Positions 63,150 through 64,000 of a stretch of 64,000 nucleotides of DNA are shown piece by piece (position 1 is the stretch's first letter; each line of letters begins with the position of its first letter). Made by a program: the position numbers and the translations under genes. The notes under the pieces were generated by a model. It saw nothing but the letters and a program-made list of their open reading frames with translations, was not told the DNA's origin and searched no databases. Source of the stretch: Callorhinchus milii (Eukaryota); the NCBI RefSeq assembly GCF_018977255.1, contig NW_024704743.1, positions 35,342,001 through 35,406,000 on the forward strand, read 5' to 3'.

Positions 63150-63680
63150 TACTCCACTTTATATGAACAATATATTCTTAAAAGGATATTGCAGTGATTG
63201 AGAGAATATAGAGGAGGGTAATCAGAATGGTTGAGGGGATGAAGGGACTTGACTATGAGGAGCGATTAGATAAACTGGGTATGTTCACGTTGGAGAAGAG
63301 AAGGCTGAGAGGTGATATGATTGCGGTCTTTAACATTCTAAAGGGACTAGATAATGTAGACCTGATAAGCTGTTTTATCCTGTACTGAACAGTAGAACCA
63401 GAGGACATGATTGAAGGGGGGTAAATTCAAAACAAATCTGTGAAAACACTTCTTCAGTGAGCGAGTAGTAAATATACGGAACAGGCTTCCTAGGGAGACA
63501 TTGGAAGCAGAAAGTGATGATTCCTTCAAGGACAAATTAGATAGATTTCTGTTAGGAAATAATGTCTCGGAATACAGTATATAGTTTGGGACATGACATG
63601 TGCATGCGACTGTCAGGATAGTGGAAGGTAAACTGGATGGACCTTGGACTTCTTTCGTCTAGCAAATTCTTATGTTTTCA
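63150..63680 (+). mobile_element. CR1 LINE 3' fragment
   Basis: Translates to KDIAVIERI*RRVIRMVEGMKGLDYEERLDKLGMFTLEKRRLRGDMIAVFNILKG, then FFSERVVN; followed by a 3' UTR. Confidence 0.92.
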
Positions 63681-64000
63681 TGATGAGCAAAAATCCTGGT
63701 GTGGGCCTTAAACCCAAAGACAAGAGTACTACCAACTGAGACTTAACTCTGTAGGACCAAATTACTGATGTAGCACAACTGGATACTACAATCCATGCAA
63801 CCTGACTTTCATGGGACTCGAAAGAGCTCTGAATAGTTGCATTGCTGAAAATGTGAGGATTAAAGTTATTGATTTCTGGCAAGTGTGGATAGTGGATTAA
63901 GTATCAAGCCAAACTGCTCTGCCAACTGTGGTGGGACATGCTGCATTATTCGATGTAGTACCAATTGGCTTCTGAGGAATAAAATTAAATTTGGTCATTC

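Overview
This is vertebrate nuclear DNA, not a prokaryotic or phage locus. The whole window lies inside the + strand gene for mitochondrial phenylalanyl-tRNA synthetase (FARS2). Two coding exons are present: 1159-1319 (161 nt; class II motif 3, [11 protein letters not shown]) and 27024-27175 (152 nt; start of the anticodon-binding domain). They are joined in phase across a ~25.7-kb intron, and a clear final exon was not found in the remaining ~37 kb. The introns are dense in retroposons: an abundant tRNA-derived SINE with an L2-type tail (short and long subfamilies), older DeuSINE-like and LF-SINE-like copies, L2 and CR1 LINE fragments, and a Tigger-like MITE. This repeat set suggests a cartilaginous fish, probably a chimaera such as Callorhinchus (inference). 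Nearly all other ORFs in the track are spurious or repeat-derived. The most interesting observations are: (1) a pre-tRNA-Gly fused directly to an L2 3' tail, a possible nascent SINE; (2) a circularly permuted L2 copy; (3) a 2-nt frameshift shared by the two best-preserved L2 copies; (4) evidence that the dominant SINE is a module-swapped hybrid; (5) a pre-miRNA-like hairpin; (6) a nested palindromic array; and (7) an unclassified repeat family with at least 4 copies. No CRISPR array or new protein-coding system is supported. Family names come from recalled consensus sequences, and repeat boundaries are approximate.
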